Part shown: positions 36,210 through 48,357 of the stretch, one piece after another
How the letters are laid out: each line of letters opens with the position of its first letter
Numbering within the stretch: the first letter of the stretch is position 1
IMG/VR virus record: IMGVR_UViG_3300021341_000078
Location: 1-63,627 of that record
Origin: a virus
Lineage: Duplodnaviria > Caudoviricetes
DNA: 63,627 nucleotides
Strand: one strand, 5' to 3'
The notes under the pieces: generated by a model
Database searches by the model: none
The model's input: the letters and a program-made list of their open reading frames with translations, nothing else
What the model was told of the DNA's origin: nothing
Made by a program: the position numbers and the translations under genes

Positions 36210-36293
36210 TTGGTCTATTACCGATTGACAGAGATTTGTACGGCCAGATTGACCGAAACAACTATCTTCAAATTTCAGTAAAATTAAATTGAG

Positions 36294-36324
36294 TAGAGCG
36301 TATCTAGAGTTTAGATACGCTCTA
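36294..36324. terminator. Perfect 13-bp hairpin
   Basis: TAGAGCGTATCTA-GAGTT-TAGATACGCTCTA. Confidence 0.55.
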
Positions 36325-36356
36325 TTTAAATAGAGTACGTTCCGTCAGATACTATC

Positions 36357-37610
36357 ATGGGAATAAAGTCATTGATTTACCTTGTAACCGCTCTAGTAAT
36401 TAGTGTCGTAATCTTAGACATTAAAAGCGATATACACAAAAAAAGAACATATGATGAAGACTACAGTAAAGTCCTAAACATCAAGTATGGACTATTAAGC
36501 TTAGATGAGTGGAAAGACAAGGCTTATATCGTACTAAGACAAAACATTAATGAATTCAACTTCAATAATTCAGACAAGCAGACACTAAAGAGCCAGATTG
36601 AAGAACTACTATATACTCTTTTAGATGAAGTTAAGGAGGTAGTTGAGGAAAGTAGTACTTTGAATGGTGCGATTCCTAGCGAGGTGGCGAATTTTCTACG
36701 ATCGTTGGTGATCGATTTTGGAGTCATTGAGAATAATATACCTGATTTTGCCGATTCCATAATGGCAGAACTCAATGATCCTCGTAATCAAAATCAGGTA
36801 AAGAGCATAATCAATACCAAGTTGAGATCTATTCTGGAACTTGATGTGCCAAGGACTGACTTAGAGTTTAGATCATTCTATTTTGAGTTATATAACTGCA
36901 CAAGTTACTTGGAGTGTGGTGAAGAAATCAAAAACAAGTTAAAGCCTATAGAGGAAAGCATTGAATGTAAGAAGAAAATTCTATATGGATGCGCGGCTTT
37001 ATTGATTTTTATTGCCTTGTTCCCACAGAGAAAAGTAGATTTAGGAGATATTGTTCCTTTAACAATGGCAAGTATAGGTCTACTGTATGCAGGGATATAT
37101 TATCCAATGATTTCTGTTGATGCCAGGGTTAGTGAATTTGACTTTAAGTTGCTAGGAATGAATGTAGAATTTGGAGAACAAGTTATATTCTATCAATCGA
37201 AGAGTATTCTTGAAGTCGTAGGTTTGCTAATAAGTGAATCCAATATAGATAGTGTGTTTGTCGGGTTTTTAATCTTATTTTTTAGTGTCCTATTTCCGAT
37301 ATCCAAAATGTTGCTTTCCCTTGTATTTTACTTTAACCGTAAGAGCAGAGTTATATTCTATATAGTTACTAAGCTTAGTAAATGGTCTATGGCTGATGTA
37401 TTTGTGGTTGCCATCTTTATGTCGTTTATAGGCTTACGTAGTTTAGTGAAAAGCCAGGTTCTGAGTATTGAGAGCGGAAACCCATTCATTGACATTGTAG
37501 CAACCGACAACACCTCTTTAGAAATAGGTTTTGTCTGCTTCACCTTCTATTGTTTAATCAGTATTTTGATGTCTGCGAAAATTGGGAAATTACCAAAACA
37601 CTTCAGTTAG
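36357..37610 (+). CDS. Paraquat-inducible protein A (PqiA)-domain membrane protein (standard-code moron)
   Basis: LFFSVLFPISK and KWSMADVFVVAI motifs. Confidence 0.85.
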   Translation: MGIKSLIYLVTALVISVVILDIKSDIHKKRTYDEDYSKVLNIKYGLLSLDEWKDKAYIVLRQNINEFNFNNSDKQTLKSQIEELLYTLLDEVKEVVEESSTLNGAIPSEVANFLRSLVIDFGVIENNIPDFADSIMAELNDPRNQNQVKSIINTKLRSILELDVPRTDLEFRSFYFELYNCTSYLECGEEIKNKLKPIEESIECKKKILYGCAALLIFIALFPQRKVDLGDIVPLTMASIGLLYAGIYYPMISVDARVSEFDFKLLGMNVEFGEQVIFYQSKSILEVVGLLISESNIDSVFVGFLILFFSVLFPISKMLLSLVFYFNRKSRVIFYIVTKLSKWSMADVFVVAIFMSFIGLRSLVKSQVLSIESGNPFIDIVATDNTSLEIGFVCFTFYCLISILMSAKIGKLPKHFS

Positions 37611-37632
37611 ACTAGAAGGTTATCTGCATTAC

Positions 37633-38970
37633 TTAGTTTAATATAATTCATCCAAAGGAGTATACTTTAGGAGTCAACTTCCAGTAGCAACGGAACATAA
37701 TACAATCTGCAAAGTCTGGAGACCTACCGATCTTTTCTATGATGTCTTCCTTCTTTATCATTCTGATCTTAGTGTCCTTATCCATGTCTATCTGACACAT
37801 AACATCTAGCTCTTCTATTATTTCTTCTTTGAATCTGTCGTCGTTTATTCTGATGCTTCTTATGTGATCTCTAAGCTCGAAGTAACACTGTGTTTTTAGG
37901 TTCTGGTAGCTAGGCTTGAACTTGTCTATTTTCTCTTCTCTTGACTGTACTGGGGTAGAGTTGTTCTGGAATCATTTACATCTTAGGTTGTCCCTAACTC
38001 CTGCTCAGATACCGTCTGCATCTACAATTATATTCTTACGGTTCACTTTATGCTTCTGTGAGAACTGTACAATCTTATCCTGTAGCACATCTAGTGTGCA
38101 TGTATCATAAACAACCATATCGATCACTTCTCGTCAGTCTCGCACCATTATCACGGCTCTATCTCTACCCATTCTAGCAACGTCTGCTGTTATATATTTC
38201 TCTCAGTTATTCTTTGGGTTTGTGAACATATCACACAGGTCATCATAGTCGTACAACTTTCAAGGCGTGTCATCGTAATCAAAGTTACCATAGAGCAGTC
38301 TTTGCTTCTGCACCTCTGGTAGCTCCTTTAGGTTCTCTATGTAGTGTTCTGAGATGTATTTATTGTCTGTAGCTAGTGAGGTGACAAACTTTGTATTATC
38401 CGCTTGTTTCTTGTCTCTAAATGGCTTGTAGAACTTTTGGTATACCCGACCCTTGTCTGGGTTAAATGTAGCCAGCACTTTACCTATTATGTCATACTGA
38501 TCTAGTTTGTACCTGCATCTAGAGAGTAAAATATTGAACGCTAGCTCTTTGATCTCGTTACCCTCGTCTACGAATCATCAACACACCTCTATGGATCAGA
38601 ATCTAGAGTACATTGGGTCTGAGGGCATCCAACTAGCGTCTAGCAAGAATATCATAGAACCATTTCGATAGTGTATCTGTGAGTCTTGTTGTTTGTATGT
38701 TACATGTTCTTTGGTAAGACCTGATTTAGGTATTACGTCACCCATAAGTGTCATTAGTGTAGATTGTTTTAGTCTCTTGAGTTCGTTACGTGCGATGAAC
38801 CGTCTGGATCAGGGCTTAGCGATGCACATAGTGTTTATCCATGTACATCATAGGTAGGACTTACCTCATCACGCTGCACCTCAATATCAAATAGAAGTAG
38901 TAACCATGTCGGTTAGATACTCCCAACAGTCTCCCTGCTTCTTAGTTAGTGATATCTCTAGCGTGCTCAT
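37633..38970 (-). CDS. terL: Terminase large subunit; recoded
   Basis: IGYGGAAGGGKS (TGA at four of those Gly), SRW(CGG)FIAR, GFVDEG, ATFNP, ADVARMGRD, GRSPDFAD. Confidence 0.93.
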
Positions 38971-38975
38971 ACTTG

Positions 38976-39003
38976 GTTATAGTCGTGATCTTGTCTTTGT
39001 CAA
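38976..39003 (-). promoter_or_regulatory. sigma70-type promoter TTGACA-N16-TATAAC, 5 nt before the terL ATG
   Basis: Direct motif match; implies a leaderless transcript. Confidence 0.65.
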
Positions 39004-39101
39004 ACAAAAACTTTGTCTTGTTTTCGTCCAGATTAATAGAGTTGATTTGCTTTTAAGGTTATAATTTGGCACACTCAACGTACCAACACAAACCAAAAAC
39101 T

Positions 39102-40136
39102 ATGTTCGTACTAAATCTATTGGCTGGTATCACAGCCGTTTTGGGTGGCTACTACAGGTTTTTGAAGTTCTCTCGAATAAATGATGAGGTTGAAGAATAC
39201 AAGAAAAAGAACGGTAGAATATGGGAAAAAATAGATAACTCGAAATTCAGAGAACTACCAGCCATTGTTATTAGGTGGTATCTACGACTAAGTACGCCTT
39301 TCAAGAATATTTACGCGGAGCTTGAAAAAAGAGGCGTAAGTGGGAAAGTTCCTAAGTTCTTTTACTATGGCTTTATGATAATAGGCACAGCGTGTTTTAG
39401 TCTTTCCTTATTCGCTTTTCAAAACCACCTACTTTACTTTGTTTTCTTGCTTTTGTTCTTGGGTATCCCTGTAGTTTTTCAAAATGATCAGACCTTTAAT
39501 TTATCTGAAGGTCAGGGAATTTACGCTTTTGGTAAGTACATGACTATACTTTTCCTTAGCCTTTTGATAACATCTTCTTCGCTCATCCTTGGGGATGAAG
39601 TAACTTGGAATGATTTTAGTATTGTATCAGACTTAGAAGTAAGGACACTAGTTTTTTCGATACTTTTTAGCAATGTAATATTTGATCTTCTGACCGTATT
39701 CATAACGTACTTCATTCTTAAGAGAGCACTAAACAACCGACGATTCCTTTTCCTCTTTATATCCCTTGACATCATAATGTCAGCGTGTTTCTCTATTTAC
39801 TCCATCTATTTTGGCTTGCTAGGCACAGAGCAGAGTATAGACCTTCTGGAAGCAACACGTATGCTTATAGGTCTTTCTCCAGATGGTAGTATGTGGCAGT
39901 TTGGGTCTTACTTTTGGGCGATGCACACTACCTTCATACCGACACTAATATACTTGAGTGTGTTAATCCTGATGATTATAGCAAAGTACATAACGATACC
40001 TGTAGCTAATTTTTTCTACAGAGCAAGTGTTACTGAAGACCCATACATGATGTACGCCTTTTTCTACGTTACATTGTCTGGTATCTTCCTTTTGATAAGT
40101 TTTGTAATGGGATATTACTTAAAAAGCCCCTCGTAA
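39102..40136 (+). CDS. Multi-TM membrane protein (standard-code moron)
   Basis: Many hydrophobic helices, no TGA, opposite strand to late genes; hairpin 40121-40146 follows. Confidence 0.75.
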   Translation: MFVLNLLAGITAVLGGYYRFLKFSRINDEVEEYKKKNGRIWEKIDNSKFRELPAIVIRWYLRLSTPFKNIYAELEKRGVSGKVPKFFYYGFMIIGTACFSLSLFAFQNHLLYFVFLLLFLGIPVVFQNDQTFNLSEGQGIYAFGKYMTILFLSLLITSSSLILGDEVTWNDFSIVSDLEVRTLVFSILFSNVIFDLLTVFITYFILKRALNNRRFLFLFISLDIIMSACFSIYSIYFGLLGTEQSIDLLEATRMLIGLSPDGSMWQFGSYFWAMHTTFIPTLIYLSVLILMIIAKYITIPVANFFYRASVTEDPYMMYAFFYVTLSGIFLLISFVMGYYLKSPS

Positions 40137-41781
40137 GAAGGGCTTGTATATTCTTAGACTACTTAGCTTTTAGTACTTCAAGTATCTGTATATAGCTACT
40201 AATATTCAAACGACTAAACCATACGGTCACATTGCTACTACAAGCAGATTAAACAGCTTTTGTCATATCGTTTCACTCTCGGTTCAGTATGATGGATCGT
40301 ATTCTGACATCTGAATTATCAGAAATCAGAGAAACCCTATAGCTATCCACATAGTTACTGCCACAAACAGTGGAACTTCTTCTGTTCAACTAGCAGAGAC
40401 ATTAGAAGAATTTGCTGCATTAGTAGCTGCGATAGCAGCGAACATCGATGCTGTTGTTGCACTCATTTGTAATTATTTAGGGTATAAAACTAACTATTAT
40501 TAAGAAGGAGTATTAAGAGTAAGGAAACCACAACAAGCCAACTCATTGCCCCCATCTCGTCGTTAAGTATGAATCATATAATGAAACAGACAATAATATT
40601 TACCAACATCAAAAACATGAGTAAAATATAAAACTACTTAGCACCAGTCTTTGGTAACACCTTTGTCTTGAACTGTTTTACTAGGTGTGCTTCTGTGTAT
40701 TCTGCTCAGTCCTTAGTGTGTGTTGTTATCCCAAAGTTTTTACACACGTCTATGATGTCTTCTTTGCGTAATATATCGGCGCAAACCCTAGGTGGCATCG
40801 TTAGCAAAACGTCTTTGGTGCGTATGTAGCTATCCAGAGCGTCTATATTTATCTTGTTGATGTGTACTGCTCCTAGAGCCATTATGTGTAACTCTTCTAT
40901 TTGTTCTTGTTGCTTGCTTATAATATTACCTTGTGCGTTTTGTGTGATAGCAAGAACTATACAGGCTATAGATAATAGGACTACTGCGATTTGCATGGGA
41001 TATCTTTATGAAGTAAAGTGAAGTTCAATAACTCGCGGTATCAGCTCTCTTCAACCTTAAATGTTATCTCTTTATCTCTACAAAACACTTCCATTTCATG
41101 ACGCCTAAATAGAGAGTGATGCTTATTCAATCTCTCCTCGTCAGAGTACTTTCAAGAAAGATTTATCGATATATACAGATTCTCATAAAGAGGTATAACT
41201 ACATAATCCTTTCCAGAGAGGTTACACAAGTCTATCATAGGCATTAGATAAATTGCGTCGTTGTGCTTCTTTTGTACGTCATCACAACAGTCTTTTCTTT
41301 TTCAAAACATTATAGTATTGCGTATAGAAAGGTAAAAAACATTCATAGAACTAGTATTAGAAGTCCTACGTAGATCGGTGTGTTGCTAGGTGTGGTACGT
41401 AAGAAGTACTTTATCATCTCTGTAGATGGTGGCTTGGCTTTTGGGTCAGGATTGTGCTTAATTGGTGGCACTGGTAGCCTTCGCTTCTGGGACATGTGTG
41501 TGTTACTTGTAAAACTAGTCCTCTATCTTCTCTAAAATACTTGCGTGTATTAGGCGGTGTCACAATGGACCATCTGCTACATCACGTAGAGATACGGTAA
41601 ACACTCATTCTAGTCTAGTAGCGCTATAATCATCAAAGGTAGATGCTTCGTACGCAACATTAGACAGATACTCTTCAAGAGAGATCCTGATTACTGTTCA
41701 TACTATTCACTCATAAAAACCTTCTGTTACTCTCACTTTGTCTCAGTACTTAAACATCTTGCGTAGGGTTACTTGTAAAAA

Positions 41782-42177
41782 CTATCTCTCTATCTTTATG
41801 TTGATGCTGTCAAAAAGTGGGCTTTCATCTTTCCCTGTTATCTCTTGGTGTTGTTTATTCTTCCACGTGTCTTTGTAGTTGTTGCACAAGTTGAAGATTA
41901 CTCCTGCAACATTTTTTCATTGGAAGAGCTGTCATTCCGCATAAGCTTGGCAAATAAAGTCTATCTTTTTTAATGTGTCCGAAAACTTTTCTGGGAGGTC
42001 GTAGAAATATCAGTGACCTAGTAGCATTTCAGCTAAAAAGCCTCTTTTGTAGATAGGTAATCAATTCTCAGATTGCTTCACACAATAAGCAATAAACTTA
42101 TCCCAAAGCTCTTTAGGATTCTTAATCTTGCGTGGTCTTCAGCCTTTGTTCTTCTTAGCTGGTGCTTTCTTTGGCAT
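41782..42177 (-). CDS. Terminase small subunit; recoded
   Basis: NKGGRPRKIKNPKELWDKF...AGVIFNL...EITGKD. Confidence 0.75.
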
Positions 42178-42893
42178 CTTCAAACAGGTCAATAATAAAC
42201 TTCTCTACTCTCTCTTGCAGCTCTATAAGTAAGTATGAAAAGGTTTTCTTAATATTTTCTACATCTTCTTCGCTTAGAATATCTATCTCTTTTTGAGACA
42301 TGTTGTTCAACTCGAAGTACTCCTCTAGCGCTCTAGATTTTACGATATCGTTGCGTTTAATCATCTTTTTTTATAGTAACTAAACTGCTTTCTACTAGGG
42401 AGTATAACTGGTTAGGGGTGAGTCATTCTAGACTCTTTTCTTGTAGATCTACTACTGGTAGTTCTACCTCGTGTTCTTGTAGTTCTTGGAACTCTTTTTT
42501 TAGTGCTTCTTCTTTACCTTTCTTGATTTTCCCTTTAGTGTAGTACTTCTTTACTAGCAGGCTTTTTGCTTCTTCATATGCTTTGAAGTTTTCTTGATAA
42601 GCGTTTCTAAGTTTGATTAGTCACATAGCTTCTTTCACGCCTAGCTTGCAGTCCATGAGCGCTAATAGTGAGTCGTATACAGCTTGAGTAAAGTAGAGGT
42701 TTTTCATTATCCTGTTATAATTAGTGCTAAATCTGCATAGGTAAGGTTGAAGATAACCAGTAGCAAAAAGTAGAGGCAGAAACCAAGAGCTGCATACCTC
42801 AAGTACTTAAGTTCAAAAGTTACTATTGCCATGAACACCATAAAAAGAGAAGCTGGCATTACAATGTAAAGACTCAATTCGTATAACCACATC

Positions 42894-43061
42894 TTATAAG
42901 TTAGTTATTAAAACACGTACTAGGTCTTGCAAGTTTATGTAACAAATGTCGCCGTTGGTGAACTGTATTTGTACAATTTTCTTTGCATGTAACCTGTTGT
43001 AAAACGTCTGTCTACTTACGCTATAGAACTGCGTATACTCTTTTACACTTTGGAACAACAT
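42894..43061 (-). CDS. Small HTH DNA-binding protein at head of the leftward operon
   Basis: SVKEY...VSRQTFYNRL; TTGCAA-N16-TATAGT promoter at ~43092-43119. Confidence 0.5.
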   Translation of the reverse strand: MLFQSVKEYTQFYSVSRQTFYNRLHAKKIVQIQFTNGDICYINLQDLVRVLITNL

Positions 43062-43796
43062 ACAACATCTATGACAAGTAAACTATCGACACTATAGTTA
43101 CAGTTTTGGAAATTGCAAGTGATTCTAACAGGGTCGATTTCGACCTAATTAAAAAAACTCTCCCTACTTAAACTTCAGGAGAGCGAATGTTACACCTAAA
43201 ACCCTAATTCTTTCTAGTTAGTTTTCTTCTTCTTTGTTTGCTTTACTACTTTGCTAGCTTGTAGGCTTTTCTCTTTGGGGTTCTTGTTGTACTTCTTGCG
43301 TTTCATAGGCGGTGCTTTTTTGTTATGAGATGTGATGTCACCTATGTTATTATTCTGTTCAGCAGAATTTCAAGAGATCTTTTTTCCCCATTCATCAGCA
43401 CCTCACTGTCTAAGCATATCTGTATCATTAGGTATTATGTGGACGTTGTTATTATTCTGTTCAGCTTCTATTGCAAGTAGTTCTGCATAGTATTCCTTGA
43501 GTTCATTCTGTTCGTATCAGAGTCGTTTGATGATGGTTTCGAACTTATGTGCTCGGTGTCCTATTCAGGAGTCTCGTGATAGAGTAAGCTGTACTGATTC
43601 TATGATTTCGTATTGGTCGCGGATTGTGCTAACGTCTTTTCGGACTTGTATGGTCGTTGGCTGTGGCATTTCGGCGGCGCGCATATAAAATGTGGGATTT
43701 TACATTTAATGTTGATAGCACAATAGTGGTGTAAACAGTTGATTTTAAGATAGATAAACTATAGTGCTTAGTATAGATTTATTATAGACTGATTAT

Positions 43797-44219
43797 ATGG
43801 AATATTTATACGCTTTGCTGGCGTTTCCACTAGCTTCTTGAGTACTTTATTACTTCTTAGTGTATAGGAAAAAACCTTGGAAGTGCAAGGGTAAATGAGA
43901 TCCCAGAAGCATGACTCCTGAGCAATTCGAGGCGTATACCGCCCACTGGCTTTCTAAGCATTGACGACGTAATGTAAAGGTGACTGCTCACGTAAAGGAC
44001 GGCGGCAAGGATGTGGTAGCATGGAAGAGGAGAAAGAAATATTACATCGAGTGCAAGAGATATACTAACTCTACGGTAGGTGTCGCCATAGTACGTTCTA
44101 TCTACTGAGTAGCACAAGCGGATTGAGTAAAAGCTGGTCTAGCGTATGTATGAAAACTATCAAAGGATGCTCGTAAATTTGCTGACAAAAACAAAGTGTT
44201 ATTGCTGGATTTCAACTAG
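43797..44219 (+). CDS. Mrr-like restriction endonuclease domain with N-terminal TM; recoded
   Basis: MTPEQFE...HGW(CGA)...DGGKDV...IECKRY...VG...VR..YG. Confidence 0.8.
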
Positions 44220-44608
44220 GTTGTTAATGTCAGATTTTCGTTGTATATTAAGATCGCTGACCAAGCGATTTTTATTTTTTCAACAAAATATTAATGATCT
44301 GAATCAGCGCTGAGGTGTTGACCAACATTGTTTTACTAGTTTGAATGTGTATCTGTTTTTCCCTTTATGTTTTACTTTGAAAGGTTGTAAAGAAAAAACG
44401 CTATAAAAGATCTTTTTTAAGAAGATTGAGATTCGTGTTGACCAATCCAAGCTTCATAAAAAAATCTCTAGAGTGATCTTTCATTGACGAACTTTCATGT
44501 ATAGACAAAAAGAAAGAACCATCGCAAAACTAAGTAGTACAAAGGGGCTTAACGCCTCTTTTTTTATTTGTATGTCAACCTCAATATAAACTTTGTGTTT
44601 ATTTTCTC

Positions 44609-44636
44609 TTGCATTTATAAACTTCACGTGTATAAT
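44609..44636 (+). promoter_or_regulatory. sigma70-type early promoter TTGCAT-N16-TATAAT
   Basis: Direct match upstream of Cro-like gene. Confidence 0.65.
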
Positions 44637-44673
44637 GTAATCGTCAATCAAGTTTTACTTTCTTACCTACCAC

Positions 44674-44862
44674 ATGTCATTCCCTTCTTACAAACAGAGA
44701 ACACAGTACGTAGTTATTGCACAAGAGTTGTGAATCTCCGTACAAACAGTTAAGTATTATTTTACTGACAGACTCAAGTGAACAGCTATTAGAAAAAAGA
44801 TTGCAAAGTACTTGAGGAAAGTGCAAATGGAAGAACTCGGTGGCTACCTAACAGATGAATAG
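44674..44862 (+). CDS. Cro-like HTH protein; recoded
   Basis: IAQELG(TGA)ISVQTVKYYF, Gly at the HTH turn. Confidence 0.65.
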
Positions 44863-44977
44863 TTTTATTTCCTAACCAAAAATACAAATGCAAGAAGTAA
44901 CAGAGATTGTAGTGATACTGCAAGACAGCGGTATACTAGACATTAGATAAACTTGTTTTAAATGTTATGCTAAAAAC

Positions 44978-45874
44978 ATGAACGTACTCTCATTGTTTGA
45001 TTGAATATCTTGTTGACAGATTGCGCTTGAACGCGCAGGAATAAAAGTAGATAAGTATTTCGCAAGCGAGATAGACAAGTATGCTATAGCCGTTACGCAA
45101 GCTAACTATCCCCACACCATACAAATAGGCTCAGTAGAAAACTGGAGGGAACGAAATTTGCCAAATATCGACTTAGTAATAGGAGGCTCTCCTTGCCAGT
45201 GATTCAGTATAGCGTGACAGTGACTAAACTTTGACGACCCTAGAAGCAAATTGTTCTTTACAATGGTAGACATTATAAATCAGTACCAGCCAAAGTACTT
45301 TTTGCTAGAAAATGTTAAGATGAAAAAAGAACGAGAAGATATTATAACTGAACATATGGAAGTAGAACCTATAGAGATAAATAGCGCCCTCGTGTCCGCT
45401 CAAAGTAGAAAAAGACTGTATTGGACTAATATAGAAGGAGTGACACAGCCAGACGATAAGGGGATATTATTAAGGGATGTGCTAGAACCAAACAACAAAG
45501 AACATCACCGCATAAGACCCATGAGGTTAATCACAAACTCAAAGAACAGAAAAAAAACTTTATGTAATCAAATAGGCATAGCTACTGACATAAGCCAAAA
45601 CTACGAGATTATGACAAGAGTATATAGCGTACTAGGCAAATGTCCAACAATAACAAAAATAGAGGGAGGGAATAGGGAGCCGAAGGTCGCTGTCAATAAC
45701 AACTCTTGGAGAAGGGTGACTCCTTTGGAGTGTGAAAGACTACAAAATGTACCTGATAATTATACCTTTGTCCCCTTTTGAAAAAGAATGATGAGTAACT
45801 CGCAAAGATACAAGATGCTTGGGAACGGGCGGACAGTGAACGTAATAAGTCACATATTCTGAAACATTAAATAA
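44978..45874 (+). CDS. DNA cytosine-5 methyltransferase; recoded
   Basis: MNVLSLFDG(TGA)ISCG, GGSPCQG(TGA)FS, LLENV, MLGNGW(CGG)TV. Confidence 0.93.
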
Positions 45875-45958
45875 AAACCTCTCCAGTAAGCGTGCAACAG
45901 AGGCTTGAGAGGTGTTACTGACTACAGTGTATTTAACCTTTACTTTTTTACAAGTGTG

Positions 45959-46591
45959 ATGCCCAAAAAAGCAAAGATAGAGCCTATAAAAATAAACATG
46001 ATGCAAGTTATTGAAGAAGTTGAACCCAAGATATACAAAGGGAAAAAGTTCAGAAGAGTTAAGTGCTTATGTGATTGCTGAAACATAAAAATAGTTAGAC
46101 GGTATGAACTCAAGCGCTGATGTATACAAAGTTGTTGATGCATTCTAAAGAGATGAATGAATACAACACATGGGCTATCCAAGAACCCTATTTATATAAA
46201 ATGGAATGGGATGATGGCTAGATGTTACAAAGAATCAAGCAGCTCTTATAATAGGTATTGAGCATTGTGAGTAAGAGTTTGCAAAGAGTGGCACAATGTC
46301 GAAAACTTTATAAAAGATATGTACCCATCGTATCTAGAACACCTTAAAGTTCACGGTAAACCGAACACAACACTAGAACGCAAGGACAACTCTAAACGAT
46401 ATTCAAAAGAAAATTGTAGACGAGCAACGATAATAGAGCAAGCAAGAAATAGAAAGTCTAACATCATGTATAAGTGAAAGTGTTTGACTGAACGATGTGA
46501 AGAACTATGACTTAATTACAAAAGGACGCACCAAAGAATAAAGAGAGACTGAAAGAATATAGAGGATGTTTTATTTGTTTTCAGTAACTAA
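45959..46591 (+). CDS. Phage HNH-like endonuclease (CxCDCG/SCGC type); recoded
   Basis: KCLCDCGN...SCGC...TLERKDN...ENCRW(CGA)AT..EQARNR. Confidence 0.85.
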
Positions 46592-46944
46592 TGAGAGAGA
46601 TTAAATTTCGTTTACGAGACTGAAAACAGATGCATTATGATGACCCAGATCGGCATCCCTGGGATTTGTGTAACCCTTATGAAGGACTAGCTGATCATCT
46701 AGTTCTAATGCAATACGCCTGACTCAAAGACTGTAACGATAAAGAGATTTACGAGGGGGATATATTGCAGCGCAAGTGAACCGATGAAAGGTTTTCTGTA
46801 ACATTTAGGGATTGAGCCTACTATACAGAATGGCACGCACGAGCAGTTACAACAGAACCGCAACTATGAGAATACTTAGAAGAGTTTGATTGCTTTGTTA
46901 TTTGAAACGTATCAGAAAACTATGATTTAGTTTATGACTACTAA
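46591..46944 (+). CDS. YopX-family protein; recoded
   Basis: MREIKFRLW(CGA)DG...LMQYAGLKD...EIYEGDIL...VIGNV. Confidence 0.9.
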
Positions 46945-47791
46945 CCATGAGACCCATAGTAGAAAAGATTGTGTACTGTCCATGAACATGAAACGAATAT
47001 GTAGCTTATGTAAGGGGAAATGGGAAGAACTTCAAGTGCCATAAAGATATTGAATATGGACGGTGCATGTGAAATAAAAACGTAAAAAAGAAAATACCGC
47101 TTGAGACCTTATTCAAAATTGATGCTATGACTTCTGTGTGTCCTTGACCTAAAAGTATGCGACATGAACAACTGATTGGAGTGTATTCAATTTTTGATCC
47201 AGATGAGAAGCGGTAAAACTGTGTGACGAGAAGAGCTATATTTTATGCTTTATACTAAATTTACTATGACTACTATTTTTGTATGTGTTGTGTACTCAGT
47301 GTTCTGAGGAGCACTAACAATTGACCCTACCTATTCTACAAGATGGTTTTATGATCACGAGATGTGAACTATCCCAGTAGAGGAATGTGTGGAGATAACA
47401 ATTTCGGAATACATTGGCGCACAACTTTGACCTATTTGGGAACAGATAGATGAGGAGCTTATCAAGCAAGGTACAGATCCAGACTCTATAACACTTGAGT
47501 AGATTGTTTTAGTTTTTAAAGAAAATAATGATTGTCAACTACAGAGCAAACTACTACGAGCTAAAACCAGTGAAAGTAGAGTCTGAGTTTGAGGCTCATA
47601 TAGTCCTAGAGGAAGAAAACCAAAGCTACCTGTTGTGGTCGTTCATTAAAATACTTTTATTTATAGTATTACTACTTATTGTGCTTGTTGCTTTCCTAGT
47701 GAAAGAGTTAGTGTTTTAGTGATATGGGGGAGTAGTGATCTTGGAACTAAAACTTTTTGTTGGAGATATTGACTTTATAAAATATATGTTT

Positions 47792-47799
47792 TATATTTG
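47792..47799 (+). promoter_or_regulatory. Bacteroidota -7 element TATATTTG; further copies at 48302-48309 (+) and 61206-61213 (-)
   Basis: TAnnTTTG consensus upstream of standard-code genes. Confidence 0.6.
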
Positions 47800-47902
47800 A
47801 ACGACCTAATAAATCATTCTCCTATATCCCTGCTCGAACTCGCTTACCAAATTGACCCAATTCGCGCCTAACGTAGGTGCAGGTATTTAAAACATTGTAG
47901 GG

Positions 47903-48259
47903 ATGTCAGTGAAAAAAGTACTTAAGAGAAAAGTAGGAAGCGTGAACGTTTACGAACTCACAGAAAAAGAACTAATAAGCCTAGAAAAGGGCTTGCCAAA
48001 GATTCTCACGATTCTGAGTCCAGTCCTTGGGTGCTTCGCCCTTGCTACCTCCTTCATACGAGATATTCTCAACAATAAACTCTCCCAACAAGATTTTATC
48101 TTATTACTTGTTACGTCTAGTTTCTTTATTGCCCTTGGGTTCTTTGTCCTGTTTTATAATCTAGTTATAAAGAGAGAAAAGCAGACATTATTATCCCAAA
48201 TACGCAAGAAAAGATCCAGATCTAACAATTCAATTGCATCTCAGAAAAGACCTAAATAA
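47903..48259 (+). CDS. Two-TM membrane protein, paralog A (standard-code moron)
   Basis: SVNVYELTEKELISLEKG...SPVLGC...TSFIRD. Confidence 0.75.
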   Translation: MSVKKVLKRKVGSVNVYELTEKELISLEKGLPKILTILSPVLGCFALATSFIRDILNNKLSQQDFILLLVTSSFFIALGFFVLFYNLVIKREKQTLLSQIRKKRSRSNNSIASQKRPK

Positions 48260-48357
48260 AACTAATTGTTGCAGACGGTTGACAATACACAATAAAAGTT
48301 TTATATTTGTTGTGTTGTCCTCTTGATTCCATGAACTGATGCAAAACTATAACGCTA

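Noticed and set aside
43346-43465. Short direct repeat TTATTATTCTGTTCAGC
   Set aside because: Only two copies, one within a probable coding frame; no function supportable
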